NCBI GenBank assembly: GCA_963851265.1 | Contig: CAWKNZ010000002.1 | Span: forward strand, 1,440,001-1,504,000 | Source: an uncultured Gemmatimonadales bacterium | GTDB taxonomy: Bacteria > Gemmatimonadota > Gemmatimonadetes > Gemmatimonadales > Gemmatimonadaceae | Direction of reading: 5' to 3' | DNA length: 64,000 bases | Part shown: in pieces, positions 11,858 through 22,239 of the stretch | Layout: every line of letters begins with the position of its first letter | How positions within the stretch are numbered: position 1 is the first letter of the stretch | Translations under genes and position numbers: made by a program | The notes under the pieces: model-generated | Told to the model about the DNA's origin: nothing | The model's input: only the letters and a program-made list of their open reading frames with translations | Database searches by the model: none

Positions 11858-11884
11858 CTAGCACTCAGCGTTCGGGAGTGCTAA
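11858..11884 (-). promoter_or_regulatory. CIRCE element (HrcA operator)
   Basis: Minus strand reads TTAGCACTC-CCGAACGCT-GAGTGCTAG, one mismatch to TTAGCACTC-N9-GAGTGCTAA, upstream of groES. Confidence 0.93.
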
Positions 11885-11891
11885 CACGGGC

Positions 11892-11920
11892 AACGTAGCC
11901 GTTGCGTCCCGCGACGTCAA
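11892..11920 (-). promoter_or_regulatory. Sigma70-type promoter of groESL
   Basis: TTGACG (11920-11915), 17-nt spacer, TACGTT (11897-11892), directly upstream of CIRCE. Confidence 0.75.
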
Positions 11921-12004
11921 GCGTCGGCCAGGCGCGCGATGGCGAACCGTAAGTACCGGAATTGCAACACGTTACGCGATTATCCCGGGCGTCGCCCCGT
12001 CGTC

Positions 12005-12814
12005 CTACCCCGCCGCCTCCATGCGTTCCGCGTAACGGACCGTCGCGGTTGGCACCGCGTGCACCTGCCCGTCAGGCGCGCGGACGCGCAACTCGCCGCC
12101 CTCCGTCAGCCCGTCGGCGCGACCCACGACAGGCGCGGCGACCTCGCGACCGCGCACCGCATCGCGCGCGGCAAATCGAGCCAGTTCGTCGGGCGTGAGG
12201 ACGCCAGACGCCGCGGCGGCGGCGCGGACCGCGCGAACGACCGCGGCGAGGATGTCGGAGCGACGCACGGCGTCGCCGGTGCCGATCGCGTCGGGCAGAT
12301 CGGCGGGTGCGCGGCGGTTCACGCCGACCCCGACCGCGACCCACTCCGGCGCGCGGTCACGCCACCGCGCCTCGACGAGCACGCCGGCCAGCTTGCGATC
12401 CTTGAGCAACACGTCGTTGGGCCACTTGAGCATCGTCTGGCGGCCGACCAGCGCGTCGAACTCGCGCGAGAGCTCCAGGCCGACACGCAGTGAGAGCACG
12501 CCGAGCGCGTCGAGTTCGGTCGGCCGTTCCAGGATCGTCGTCCAGACGCCCCCCTCGGCGTCCGACACCCATCGTCGGCCGTTACGCCCGCGCCCGGCCG
12601 TCTGCACGTCCGCGACGAACACGGTGCCGGCGGGAGCACCTCCGGCACCCGCGGCGTGCGCCAGGTCCATCGTCGATGTCGCGTGCGAGTACGCGAAGAG
12701 CGCGGGAACTCCGATCCGCTCTCGCAGGAGCGCGACGCGCTCCCCGTCGTACGTGTCGGTGGCCAACGCGTCCGAGTCGTCCCCCCGCGGGCTCACCTGC
12801 GCGCCGATCGGCAA
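12005..12814 (-). CDS. birA: Biotin--[acetyl-CoA carboxylase] ligase (no HTH domain)
   Basis: STMDLA, QTAGRGRNGRRW, KWPNDV and KLAGVLVE motifs; start approximate. Confidence 0.9.
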   Translation of the reverse strand: MPIGAQVSPRGDDSDALATDTYDGERVALLRERIGVPALFAYSHATSTMDLAHAAGAGGAPAGTVFVADVQTAGRGRNGRRWVSDAEGGVWTTILERPTELDALGVLSLRVGLELSREFDALVGRQTMLKWPNDVLLKDRKLAGVLVEARWRDRAPEWVAVGVGVNRRAPADLPDAIGTGDAVRRSDILAAVVRAVRAAAAASGVLTPDELARFAARDAVRGREVAAPVVGRADGLTEGGELRVRAPDGQVHAVPTATVRYAERMEAAG

Positions 12815-12838
12815 CGCGCCCGTCCGACGAGCGACGCG

Positions 12839-13705
12839 TTAGCGCGCGAGCGCGGCGACCGGGGCCGGCCCGGTCTCCTCCGCAGCCGGCGCTGCCGAGC
12901 GCACGCCCGTCGCGATCAGCGCCAGCACGGTCGCGCCCAGCAGCACCCGGTAGATGGCGAATGCGGCAAAGCCGTGGCGCGTGAGGTAGCGCAGAAGGAC
13001 GGTGATCGCGATCCAGCTACTGAGCGCCGCGGTGACGATCCCGACGAGCAGAGGCGCGCGCTCGCCCGTGTCGTGCAACAGCTTCGGGAGCTTGAGCACC
13101 ACGGCGCCGGCGATGATCGGCATACTCATGAGAAAGCTGAATCGCGCGGCCGACTCGCGGTCGAGCTGCAGCGCGCGGCCGAGCGTCATCGTCGAGCCCG
13201 AGCGTGAGACGCCGGGGATCAGGGCCGCGACCTGGGCAAATCCGAGGGCCCATGCGTCGCGCGAGCCCATGTCGTCGATGTGACGCGCCTGCGAGGCCCA
13301 GCGGTCGGCCACCCAGAGCAGCACGCCCATCAGAATCAGCATGCCGGCGATCAGCGCGGGCGAGCGGAAGGTGGTTTCCGCCTTCTGCTCGAGGAGCTTG
13401 CCGGCAATCGCGCCCGGAATGGTCGCGATCACGAGTAGCACGACGCGCCGGTCTTCGGCGGTCTCGATACGGCGGCGGCGGAGCAGATCGACCGCGCTGC
13501 CCGCGAGCGCGATCCAGTCGCGCCGGAAGTACCAGAGCAGCGTGATGAGCGTGCCCGCATGCAGCGCCACGTCGAAGGCAAGGCCGGGATCGGCGTTCCA
13601 GCCGAGGAGCCACGGCGCGAGTGTCAGGTGCGCCGACGAGCTGATCGGGAGGAACTCGGCGAGTCCCTGGAGGAGGCCGAGGACGAAGGCGTGCGAAAGC
13701 GGCAT
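12839..13705 (-). CDS. uppP: Undecaprenyl-diphosphatase
   Basis: QGLAEFLPISSSAH, FDVALHAGT, ALIPGVSRSG and AARFSFLMS motifs; ATG at 13705. Confidence 0.95.
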   Translation of the reverse strand: MPLSHAFVLGLLQGLAEFLPISSSAHLTLAPWLLGWNADPGLAFDVALHAGTLITLLWYFRRDWIALAGSAVDLLRRRRIETAEDRRVVLLVIATIPGAIAGKLLEQKAETTFRSPALIAGMLILMGVLLWVADRWASQARHIDDMGSRDAWALGFAQVAALIPGVSRSGSTMTLGRALQLDRESAARFSFLMSMPIIAGAVVLKLPKLLHDTGERAPLLVGIVTAALSSWIAITVLLRYLTRHGFAAFAIYRVLLGATVLALIATGVRSAAPAAEETGPAPVAALAR

Positions 13706-13815
13706 GCGAGCGGTAGCGTACGGCAGCGAACGGGGCGGGCGGACACACGAGTGAGACGACGCCCGTGTACGCGCCCGCGCGGACGGGCGGTAAGGTAGCC
13801 CGTTCGGGCGGGCTG

Positions 13816-14982
13816 TCAGCCGGCGACCGCCACCGCGGGGTCGCGGCGCGCGGCCCGGGCGACCGCACGTGCGTAGAACGCTTCGTACTGCGCGACCACC
13901 GTTTCGAGCGAGTACCGCGCGCGCGCGTCGGCGGCTGCCGCGGCGCTCATCATGCGCCAGCGTTCCGGATCGGACAGGATGTGAGCTGCCGCCTCCGCCA
14001 TGCCGTCGACGTCGCCGACCGGGCAGAGCGCGCCCGTCTCGCCGTCGCGGACGACTTCTGGAAGGCCGCCCGTGTCGCTCGCGACCACGGGCACCCCGGA
14101 GGCGAGTGCCTCGAGCGCGGACAGCCCGAACGACTCGCTCTGACTGGGCAGCAGGAACAGGTCGGCCCCCGCGAGCAGGGGCGCGACCGCCTCCAGCTTG
14201 CCGAGGAAGTGCACCGACCGCTCGACGCCCAAGGCGCGCGCTTCCTGCTCCGCGTCCACGCGTTCGGGGCCGTCGCCGACCATGAACAGCACGCTCGGCA
14301 CGCGCTCGGTCACGCGGGCGAACACGCGCACGACGTCGCGCACGCGCTTGACCGCGCGCATGTTGGACACGTGCATCACCACCTTGCGTCCCTTCGGCAC
14401 GAGCCAGGAGAGCGCGGGCGGGTGCGCGGCGCGGTCGTACACGAGCGGGTCCACGAAGTTGGGGATCACCTCGACGGCGCAGCCCGTGCAGCCGAACGTG
14501 GCGATCGTCTCGCGGCGCAGGTACTCCGAGACCGACGTGATCCCGTCGGAGCGCTCGATCGAGAACTTCGTGATCGGGTGGAACGACGGGTCCTGGCCGA
14601 CGATCGTGATGTCGGTGCCGTGCAGCGTCGTGATCACCGAGATGTCGGAGCCCTGCGCGCGGAGCATCTCGCGCGCGATCCACGCGCTCGTCGCGTGCGG
14701 GATGGCGTAGTGGCAGTGGAGCAGGTCGAGCCCCTGCGTGCGCACCACCTCGTGCATCCGCACCGCGAGCGCGAGGTCGTACGGCGGGTATTCGAAGAGC
14801 GGGTAGCGGTTGACCTCGACCTCGTGGAAGAAGATCCGCGGCAGGAAGTTAGGCAGCCGGAACGGCTGCTGGTACGTGATGAAATGCACCTCGTGCCCGC
14901 GCGCGGCGAGCGCGATGCCGAGTTCGGTCGCGACCGCGCCGGAACCGCCGTAGGTCGGGTAACACGTGATGCCGATCTTCAT
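13816..14982 (-). CDS. bshA: N-acetyl-alpha-D-glucosaminyl L-malate synthase (GT4)
   Basis: [51 protein letters not shown]. Confidence 0.92.
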   Translation of the reverse strand: MKIGITCYPTYGGSGAVATELGIALAARGHEVHFITYQQPFRLPNFLPRIFFHEVEVNRYPLFEYPPYDLALAVRMHEVVRTQGLDLLHCHYAIPHATSAWIAREMLRAQGSDISVITTLHGTDITIVGQDPSFHPITKFSIERSDGITSVSEYLRRETIATFGCTGCAVEVIPNFVDPLVYDRAAHPPALSWLVPKGRKVVMHVSNMRAVKRVRDVVRVFARVTERVPSVLFMVGDGPERVDAEQEARALGVERSVHFLGKLEAVAPLLAGADLFLLPSQSESFGLSALEALASGVPVVASDTGGLPEVVRDGETGALCPVGDVDGMAEAAAHILSDPERWRMMSAAAAADARARYSLETVVAQYEAFYARAVARAARRDPAVAVAG

Positions 14983-15968
14983 GGGGCGGGCGTGGGGGCG
15001 CGGTGGGCACTGCGGGGGACGGCGGAAGCCGGGCGCGCGCCGGCGCGGCCGGCGCACCACCACGCGTACGCCGCGTCGAGCGCGTCGACGCGCGCCGGGT
15101 CGACGTGGAGAACGGAAGCCGGCGGGAGTTGGTGCCGGAACCACGTGCGCTGCCGTTTGGCGTACTGCCGCGTAGCGATCACGACACGATCGCGCGCCGC
15201 GGCGAACGGCAGCGCGCCGCGCAGGTGCGCGCGCCAGACGTCGTACCCCGTGGCGTGCCACGCCGGCGCGTCGTCGGGCACCGCGGCCGCGAGCCGCTCG
15301 ACCTCGGCCAGCCATCCGGCATCGAGCATCGCGTCGACGCGGCGCGCGAGCCGATCCGCCAGGATCGGACCGGGGTCGACGACGAGGTAGCGCAGCGCCA
15401 ACCGGGGCGGACGCGCGGCGCGCCGCTGCCAGGTCGTGAGAGGCACTCCCGTGAGCGCCATGACCTCGGCCGCGCGCAGGAGTTGCGCGCGTTGCGCGTT
15501 CGCGCGTTCCGGGTCGAACGCCGCGACGCGCGCGCGGAGCGCCTCGGTGGGCATCGCGTCCAACGCGCGCGCGACCTCGCGTCGTCGATCGGGATCGAGC
15601 GGTGGCTCCTCGAACAGCGGTGCGGCGAGCGCCCGCACGTAGAATCCAGTCCCGCCCACGACGAGCGGCGGCCGCCCTTCAGCATCGCACGCGGCGATCC
15701 AGCACTCCGCCGCGTCGGCCCAGCGGGCGGCGCTCCAGCGATCCGTGGGCTCCGCGACGTCGAGGCCGCGGTGGGGAACGCGCGCGCGCTCATCCGGGGT
15801 CGGTTTCGCGGTGCCGACGTCGAACGCGCGGTAGAGCTGGCGCGAGTCGGCGCTGACGACGGTGGCGCCTACGCGCTCCGCGAGGGCGAGCGCAAGGGCG
15901 GACTTCCCCGCCCCAGTCGGCCCGACGATCGCGGAGACGGTGCGGAACGGGTGCGCGTCTTCAGTCAC
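14979..15968 (-). CDS. miaA: tRNA dimethylallyltransferase
   Basis: IVGPTGAGKS, VSADSRQLY, GTAKP, VGGTGFY, TRQYAKRQRTWF; GTGA overlap with the mutL stop. Confidence 0.95.
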   Translation of the reverse strand: MTEDAHPFRTVSAIVGPTGAGKSALALALAERVGATVVSADSRQLYRAFDVGTAKPTPDERARVPHRGLDVAEPTDRWSAARWADAAECWIAACDAEGRPPLVVGGTGFYVRALAAPLFEEPPLDPDRRREVARALDAMPTEALRARVAAFDPERANAQRAQLLRAAEVMALTGVPLTTWQRRAARPPRLALRYLVVDPGPILADRLARRVDAMLDAGWLAEVERLAAAVPDDAPAWHATGYDVWRAHLRGALPFAAARDRVVIATRQYAKRQRTWFRHQLPPASVLHVDPARVDALDAAYAWWCAGRAGARPASAVPRSAHRAPTPAP

Positions 15969-17803
15969 CGTCGCCCGAATCGCCGCTCGACTTCGTCCCA
16001 TCCCAGGTGCACGATGGTCGCCCGCCCGTGTACGTCGTGGGCGGGCAGCGTCGTGCGCGCGAGCGCGAGGTACAGGGCGCGCATCTCGTCCGCCGCGAGC
16101 TCGTCGCCCGCCTTGATCGCGGCCTTGCACGCGACGGTGGCGGCCAGTCGCTCGTGCCGCGCGTGAGTCGCGGCATGCCGATCTCCGGTGAGCGCGGCGA
16201 GCGAATCACGCAAACATCGCTCGGCGTCGAACCGCGGGTGCGGCGCCGGCACGGCGTGCACGAGCAGCGTGGAGCCGCCGAACGGCTCCGCCGCGTACCC
16301 GAGCCGCTCGAAGCTCGCGCGCGCCGCGTCGAACGCCTCCGCTTCGGCGCCCGTCACGTGCACGGTGAGCGGGAAGAGCAACCGCTGCGACGGCGCGTCG
16401 CCCCGTTCGAGCGCACCGAGGAAGCGCTCGTAGAGCACGCGCTCGTGCGCCGAGTGCTGGTCGATGAGCACGACCCCCTCGTCGCGCTCGAACATGAGGT
16501 ACGTGCGGCGGAGCTGGACGAGGGGGGGAACGACCACGTCGTCGGCCACTCCGGCGCGCATGGCGGGTGCGGCTGGAGCCGCGACGTCCGAAGGCGCGGC
16601 GTCGTCCCACGCGAGCGCGGGCGCCCCGTCGGGGATGCCGGTGTCCGTGCGCGGGTCCACCACGCCCCCCGCGGCCTCGGCCGGAGTGAAGAGCCCGACG
16701 CGCATCGGCGCCGCGGCGGCGAAGGCGGCGCGCTCGTCCGCTGCCGCAGTGGACCCGCCGGCGTCGCCGCGGAGCCCGGTCGTGAACCAGACGCGCCCGC
16801 CGATCCCGCTCGCGCTGTCGAGGGTGCCTAACGCATGCCGCACGGCGCGCAGCACGGCGCCTTCGACGGTCCACCGGTCGTGGAATCGCACCTCGGCCTT
16901 CGCGGGGTGGACGTTCACGTCCACCCCGTCGGCCGGCACCGATAGCTGCAGAAACAACGACGGCCGGAGCCCCGCGGCGAGCGTGCTGCGGTACGCGGCT
17001 TCCGCCGCGCGCAGCAGGCCGACGTCGCGGACGGGCCGTCCGTTGACGCTGACGAAGGTGCGCCGCGGTGAGCGCCCGACGTCGCCCGGGCGCTCGACGA
17101 CGCCGCTCACGGCGACAGCCCCGGTCACGTCGTCGACGTCGAGAAGCACGTCGGGGTAGCGCGGCCCAAAGATGGCGCCGAGGCGGGCGCGGAAGCTCGC
17201 CGCGGCGGGCCAGCTGAGCGCGGGGCGCCCGTCGTGCGTCGCCGACACGCGCACGTCGTGGCGAGCGAGTGCGACGGTGGTGAGCACCTCGCTGATGCCT
17301 CGCCACTCGCCGCGCGCGGAGCGCAGGAATTTCTCGCGCGCGGGTGTGTTGTAGAACAGCCGGGCGACGCTGACCGTCGTGCCGCGCCGGCGGGCGGCCG
17401 CGGCGACCTGCTGCACGGCACCGCCGGTGGCGCGGATGACCGTACCGTCGCCGGACGCGTCGGCCGTGACGAGTTCCAGCTCCGAGACCGAGCAGATTGC
17501 CGGGAGCGCCTCGCCGCGGAACCCGTAGCTCGCGACGCCGACGAGTTCGTCCGCGGAGCGGATTTTCGACGTCGCGTGGCGCGACAGGCACAGCACGGCG
17601 TCGTCGCGCGACATGCCGGCGCCGTCGTCGCTGACGCGCACCAGCGCGCGGCCGCCCTGCTCCACGATCACCTCGACCGCGGTCGCACCGGCGTCGAGCG
17701 CGTTCTCGACGAGTTCCTTCACGACGGACGCCGGTCGCTCGACGACCTCGCCGGCGGCGATCTGGTCGGCGACGGCCGAGGGGAGGACGGCGATGCGCGG
17801 CAC
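15965..17803 (-). CDS. mutL: DNA mismatch repair protein MutL
   Basis: QIAAGEVVERPASVVKELVENALDAG, HATSKI, GFRGEAL, DVNVHPAKAEVRF, DQHSAHER, ACKAAIKAG. Confidence 0.97.
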   Translation of the reverse strand: MPRIAVLPSAVADQIAAGEVVERPASVVKELVENALDAGATAVEVIVEQGGRALVRVSDDGAGMSRDDAVLCLSRHATSKIRSADELVGVASYGFRGEALPAICSVSELELVTADASGDGTVIRATGGAVQQVAAAARRRGTTVSVARLFYNTPAREKFLRSARGEWRGISEVLTTVALARHDVRVSATHDGRPALSWPAAASFRARLGAIFGPRYPDVLLDVDDVTGAVAVSGVVERPGDVGRSPRRTFVSVNGRPVRDVGLLRAAEAAYRSTLAAGLRPSLFLQLSVPADGVDVNVHPAKAEVRFHDRWTVEGAVLRAVRHALGTLDSASGIGGRVWFTTGLRGDAGGSTAAADERAAFAAAAPMRVGLFTPAEAAGGVVDPRTDTGIPDGAPALAWDDAAPSDVAAPAAPAMRAGVADDVVVPPLVQLRRTYLMFERDEGVVLIDQHSAHERVLYERFLGALERGDAPSQRLLFPLTVHVTGAEAEAFDAARASFERLGYAAEPFGGSTLLVHAVPAPHPRFDAERCLRDSLAALTGDRHAATHARHERLAATVACKAAIKAGDELAADEMRALYLALARTTLPAHDVHGRATIVHLGWDEVERRFGRR

Positions 17804-17839
17804 GGCGGGAATCTACAGCGGCCCGTAGCGCCGGCCTCG

Positions 17840-20452
17840 TCAGGGCGCCGCGTCGAGCGGCGCGACCTGCGCGGAGCGCAGCCAGCCGTCGCGATCGCCG
17901 TCGAGGCGCACGCGGCGCCAATCACCTTCGTCGGCGACGAGTTCGGCGACCTCGCCGGTGACGACCGGCGCGACCCCGTACGCGCCAGGCGCCGGCTCGG
18001 GTCGAAGCGCGGTCGGCGCGCGGACGACGGCGAGTCCGCGCACGTCGAGCGCACGCGACGCGAGTACGCCACCTCCGGCGGTCGCGATCGCTGCGACGTA
18101 GCACGCGAGCGCCCCGGCCCACAACCGCGGATCTGGCCTGCGCCGCACCGCGGCGACGACGAGCGCCAGCGCGGCGCATCCCGCGGCCGTGAGCGCCGCC
18201 CCGCTGAGCAGTCGCGGATCGACGGCGGGCGGCGCGCCGAGGTGCCCGACGGCGGCGATACTCGGCAGCCGGTCCAGCCGGGCGCGCAGGCCCGGGTACG
18301 TGGGGGCGAGATGCGCGGCCCGCTGCCAGGCGAACGATGCCGTCGCGGTGTCGGCGACCGCCCACGCCGCCGTTCCCGCGTTGAGCCACGCCGCCGGGGC
18401 GCCGGGCACCGCGCTCACGGACGCGACGAAGAGGTCGCGCGCCCGTGCGGCGTCGCCCGCCGCGTACGCCGCGACGCCCGCGTCGAACGCCGCCACGGCA
18501 TCCGCGCGGCTCGTCGGCGACGACGGTCGCGGCTCGACCGGGGCGAGTTGCGGTGCCGCGACCGCGAACGCGAGCAGCGCAACGCCGATCGCGAGGGCTG
18601 CGAACCTGTGCCGGGCGAAGGGCACGCCGGTCGAGGCGGTGGGCACGCTTCGACCCACGCGCGCCTCGACCGCGCTCTGCGCGCTCGCGCCGGGGGCGTC
18701 GAGCTCGCGCGCGATGCGGTCGAGCAGGTCGCGCGGTCGCGGGCCCGGTTCGGACGGCGAGATCCTGGACGTTTCGGCAGTTCCGTACGCCGCGCGCGCC
18801 CAGGTGTCGTACGCGGCCGCGCAGTCCCCGGCCAGCGCCCGGCTCACACCAGCGCGCCGCAGACCGCGCGCGAGGGTGGCCGCGTCGAATGCTGGCACGT
18901 CGAGCGCGCCGCCGCCGAGCACGTTCGACAGGCCGGCCATAAACTCGGCGAGCGCGGCAGTCGCGCGGGCCCGCGGGGTATCCGGCGCGGAACCGTCCCC
19001 GGCGCGCGCGTGCCCCGATCGACCTCGGCGCGCGAGTGCGGCGGCGGCGAGCCAGCAGAGCGCGCCCGGCACCGGCACGGCGGCCAGCGCCAACCAGAAC
19101 GGACGGCGCATCACCGGGGCTGCCGGCCGCTCGCCGTCCCACCGCACGACGACGCCGAACTCGCTCCGGGTCGCGACCTCGCCCCGACGCGCGAGCGCCG
19201 GGCCGGCGACTGCCGCTGCCGCGGCGCCGGGTGCGACGCGCACCGTGACGGCCGCCGCGTCGGTGATGCCGTACGCAGACGCCTGTGGGTCGAAGAACGC
19301 GTATCTGACGCCTGGAACGCGCAGCGTACCCTTGGCGCGTGGTGTGAGCAGCCAGTCGAATTCCTTCGCACCGCCGGCGAGGTCGCCCGACGAGTCGACC
19401 TGCACGCGCTCACCGGCCGTCGCAACGTCGGCCCATGGCACCGCGACCGGCGGCCGTGGCAGGAGCAGCACGTTGCCGACACCCTCGACGCGGAGCGTGT
19501 AGACGATCGCGTCTCCGACGCGCGCGTGGGCCGTGTCGATCCGGGCCGACGCGCGGAACCGGCCGACGGCTCCGTCCCACTCCACCGGGCGCCCATCGAT
19601 CGGTGGGGCGACCGCGAGCAGACGACGAGGCGCCGTGCGCGCGGTGATCCGCTCCTCGATGCCGAACGGATCGTCCTCGGGGGTGAGCGCGTACAGCAGC
19701 TGCGCGGCGGGCACGTCCACGACGCCGGGCGCGAGGGGGAAGAGCGCGCGTCGGTACACGTGCACGTCGCCGAGCGCACTCGACGCGTGCCGCGAGCCGA
19801 GGTCGTACGAGACCACGCCTGCGACGGACGGGAAGGCGAACTCGGGGCTCCGCCGGAGCCGTGCGCGCACACGCGCGCCGACGCCGACGCGCAGTTCGAG
19901 CGTCGTCTGCGCGCCAACGTACACCCGCTCCGGCGCGACCGAAGCGTCGAAGGCGAGCCGGCCCGGGTCGGTGGCCGCCGAAGGACCGGCGATGCCGCCA
20001 GCCGCCACGTGGGGCGCGGGCGATAGCACGGCGATCGACCACGCGAGCGAACGGAACGTCGCCGGCCGGAGTCCCGGACCGGTCACGTCAGCCTCGAACG
20101 GCTCGAACGCAAATGTGCCCGCCGCTCCCGCGAGCAGCACGAACCGCCACTCGAGACGCTGGCTCCCGCGGAGCCCCGCCGTGTCGGTCGGCGTGCGGTC
20201 GGTGCGCGTGAGCGTGAACGGCGCGAACGCCGGCGGGGCGAGTCGGACGCTTGCACCTGCCGGCGCCGTGACCTCGACCCGGACGAGGACCGGCGTACGC
20301 GCGGGCACGCTTGCCGGTGCGCTCACGGCCACGGTGACCTGCGCGTGGAGCGCGCGCGGCGATGTCAGGCTCACCGCCGTCCACGCGCACGCGACGACCA
20401 GCCGTGCGAGTCTCCGCGTCCACCCCGTCGCCCATGTGGCCGCTGCGCCCAC
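17840..20452 (-). CDS. BatD-like protein fused to a BatE-like TPR/SH3 C-terminus
   Basis: Signal peptide; BatD-type beta repeats (VYVGAQTT, WDGAVGRF, VEGVGNV); TM helices; TPR (AWLNAGTAAW); SH3-like end (DWRRVRLDGDRDGWL); start approximate. Confidence 0.7.
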   Translation of the reverse strand: MGAAATWATGWTRRLARLVVACAWTAVSLTSPRALHAQVTVAVSAPASVPARTPVLVRVEVTAPAGASVRLAPPAFAPFTLTRTDRTPTDTAGLRGSQRLEWRFVLLAGAAGTFAFEPFEADVTGPGLRPATFRSLAWSIAVLSPAPHVAAGGIAGPSAATDPGRLAFDASVAPERVYVGAQTTLELRVGVGARVRARLRRSPEFAFPSVAGVVSYDLGSRHASSALGDVHVYRRALFPLAPGVVDVPAAQLLYALTPEDDPFGIEERITARTAPRRLLAVAPPIDGRPVEWDGAVGRFRASARIDTAHARVGDAIVYTLRVEGVGNVLLLPRPPVAVPWADVATAGERVQVDSSGDLAGGAKEFDWLLTPRAKGTLRVPGVRYAFFDPQASAYGITDAAAVTVRVAPGAAAAAVAGPALARRGEVATRSEFGVVVRWDGERPAAPVMRRPFWLALAAVPVPGALCWLAAAALARRGRSGHARAGDGSAPDTPRARATAALAEFMAGLSNVLGGGALDVPAFDAATLARGLRRAGVSRALAGDCAAAYDTWARAAYGTAETSRISPSEPGPRPRDLLDRIARELDAPGASAQSAVEARVGRSVPTASTGVPFARHRFAALAIGVALLAFAVAAPQLAPVEPRPSSPTSRADAVAAFDAGVAAYAAGDAARARDLFVASVSAVPGAPAAWLNAGTAAWAVADTATASFAWQRAAHLAPTYPGLRARLDRLPSIAAVGHLGAPPAVDPRLLSGAALTAAGCAALALVVAAVRRRPDPRLWAGALACYVAAIATAGGGVLASRALDVRGLAVVRAPTALRPEPAPGAYGVAPVVTGEVAELVADEGDWRRVRLDGDRDGWLRSAQVAPLDAAP

Positions 20453-20466
20453 GCTCCGCACCGGAG

Positions 20467-22239
20467 CTACCAGTCCTTGCCGCCGGGCGGTGGGGGCGGG
20501 GTCTGCCGCTGCTGCTTGCTCTGCGTGTCGCGCTCCTCGCGCGATGCGGCCTGCAGAATCTCTTCCGCCGACGGCTGCCCCAGGTGCGACGGCTGCGACG
20601 CGGGCGGGCGCGGGGGCGCCGCACCGCCGCCTCCACCTCCGCCCCCACCGCCCCCGCCACCACTCGGCGGGCGCTGTAAGGCCAGCTCGTAATTCCATTT
20701 CGCGTCGACGTCGTTCGGGCGCATCCGGATGGCGCGGCGGTAGAGCGCGAGCGCGGCGTCGAGCTCCGGGCGGGAACTGTCGCCCACCGCGCCGCTCGCG
20801 CCGGTCGGCCCGGGTGCTGGCGCGCCGCCCGCGTTCGACACGCCACGCGCGGCCGAGAGCCCGCGCTGCAGGTGCACGAGGCCGAGGTTGAAGATCGCGC
20901 GCCAGCGGACGTCGCCGTCGTCGGAGCGGCGGGCGTCGTCGAGCGGCGGCAGCGCGGCCGCGAGCGAGTCGGCGCGCACGAGCGCGGTGCCCACGTTGTA
21001 GCGGGCGAGCGTGGACCCGCCACCCGCACCGAGCCGCCCGCGATACTCGGCGAGCGCACCCGCGACGTCCCCGCGTTGATAACGCGCGAGCGCATCGTCC
21101 GTGCGCCCGGGCCACGTCAGCCCACAGCCGCCGAGCGCGGCCGCGACGACCAGCGCCGCCGCAGCGCGCGCGACGGCCGCGACGTTCGGGGCCTCGATCA
21201 CGCGTCGACGCGTACCCGGCCCGCGCCGCGCGAGCCATGTGTCCAACAGCAGCAGTAGCAGCGCCGGCGCGACGAACCACTGGAAGCGCGGCGCGAGGTC
21301 GGCCCCCGTCGATGTCGCGCGCGTCGTCTGCCGCAGCCCCGACAGCGCGGCGCGCACGCGCGCCGCCTTGTCCGGCGCGTCGGCCGGTACGAACGTGCCG
21401 CCGCCCGCGGTCGCCGCGGCCTGCAACAGCGCCGGCGTGTAGTGCGACACGACGACGTTGCCCTCGGGGTCGCGCTTCTGACGGACGGTGTTCTCTTCAC
21501 GCACCGGGATCATGGCTCCGGCGACCGTCCCGAAGCCGACGGTCGATACCGTGATTCCGGCCGCGCGCGCGTCGCGCGCGGCGTCGGTCACGTCCGATTC
21601 GGGTTCGAACGACTCGCCGTCGCTCATGAGCACGATCGCACGGTCACCCGGGGAGGGCGAGACCTGCAGCAGGTCGGTCGCCTGCCGGATGGCGCGCGAC
21701 ATGGCACTTCCGGCCTGGCCGACCACCGACGGGTCGAGGTTGTCGAGGAACAGTTCGATTGCCCCGCCGTCGTTCGTGAGTGGCGTGAGGATGTAGCTCC
21801 GCCCGGCGAACGCGAGCAGCGCGACGCGGTTCCCGGGCGTCGTGGCGAGCAACTGCCGCACGACCTGCCGCATACGCTCCAACCGGCTCGGCGGGTCGTC
21901 GGGCGCGAGCATCGAGAGCGACGCATCCAGCGCGAGCACCACGTCCACGCCCTCGGATCGGATGACGTCGCCGCGGGCTCCCCACCGCGGCCCGGCGAAG
22001 GCGAGCGCCGCGCACGCGGACGCGAACCCAAGTCGCGCCGCGCGCCACCCGGTCCCCTGTCCCGCCGCGGCGAGCGCGGGCGCGAGCCGCGCGACGAGCA
22101 CCGCGTCGCCGATGCGGGCCGCGCGCGCGGCCCGTCGTCGCGCGCGCGCGACGACGAGCGCGATCACGAGCGCCGGCAGCACGATCACGAGCGGCAGGAA
22201 CCACGGCTGATCGAAGAACCCGAGCCACGCGCGGCTCAC
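20467..22239 (-). CDS. BatB-like VWA protein fused to a BatC-like TPR region
   Basis: AGPRWG, MIDAS DASLSM, P.SRLE, LMSDGE, TVGFGT, TM helix, TPRs (YNVGTAL, FNLGLVH, DAKWNYELA), poly-Gly, KDW terminus. Confidence 0.8.
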   Translation of the reverse strand: MSRAWLGFFDQPWFLPLVIVLPALVIALVVARARRRAARAARIGDAVLVARLAPALAAAGQGTGWRAARLGFASACAALAFAGPRWGARGDVIRSEGVDVVLALDASLSMLAPDDPPSRLERMRQVVRQLLATTPGNRVALLAFAGRSYILTPLTNDGGAIELFLDNLDPSVVGQAGSAMSRAIRQATDLLQVSPSPGDRAIVLMSDGESFEPESDVTDAARDARAAGITVSTVGFGTVAGAMIPVREENTVRQKRDPEGNVVVSHYTPALLQAAATAGGGTFVPADAPDKAARVRAALSGLRQTTRATSTGADLAPRFQWFVAPALLLLLLDTWLARRGPGTRRRVIEAPNVAAVARAAAALVVAAALGGCGLTWPGRTDDALARYQRGDVAGALAEYRGRLGAGGGSTLARYNVGTALVRADSLAAALPPLDDARRSDDGDVRWRAIFNLGLVHLQRGLSAARGVSNAGGAPAPGPTGASGAVGDSSRPELDAALALYRRAIRMRPNDVDAKWNYELALQRPPSGGGGGGGGGGGGGAAPPRPPASQPSHLGQPSAEEILQAASREERDTQSKQQRQTPPPPPGGKDW

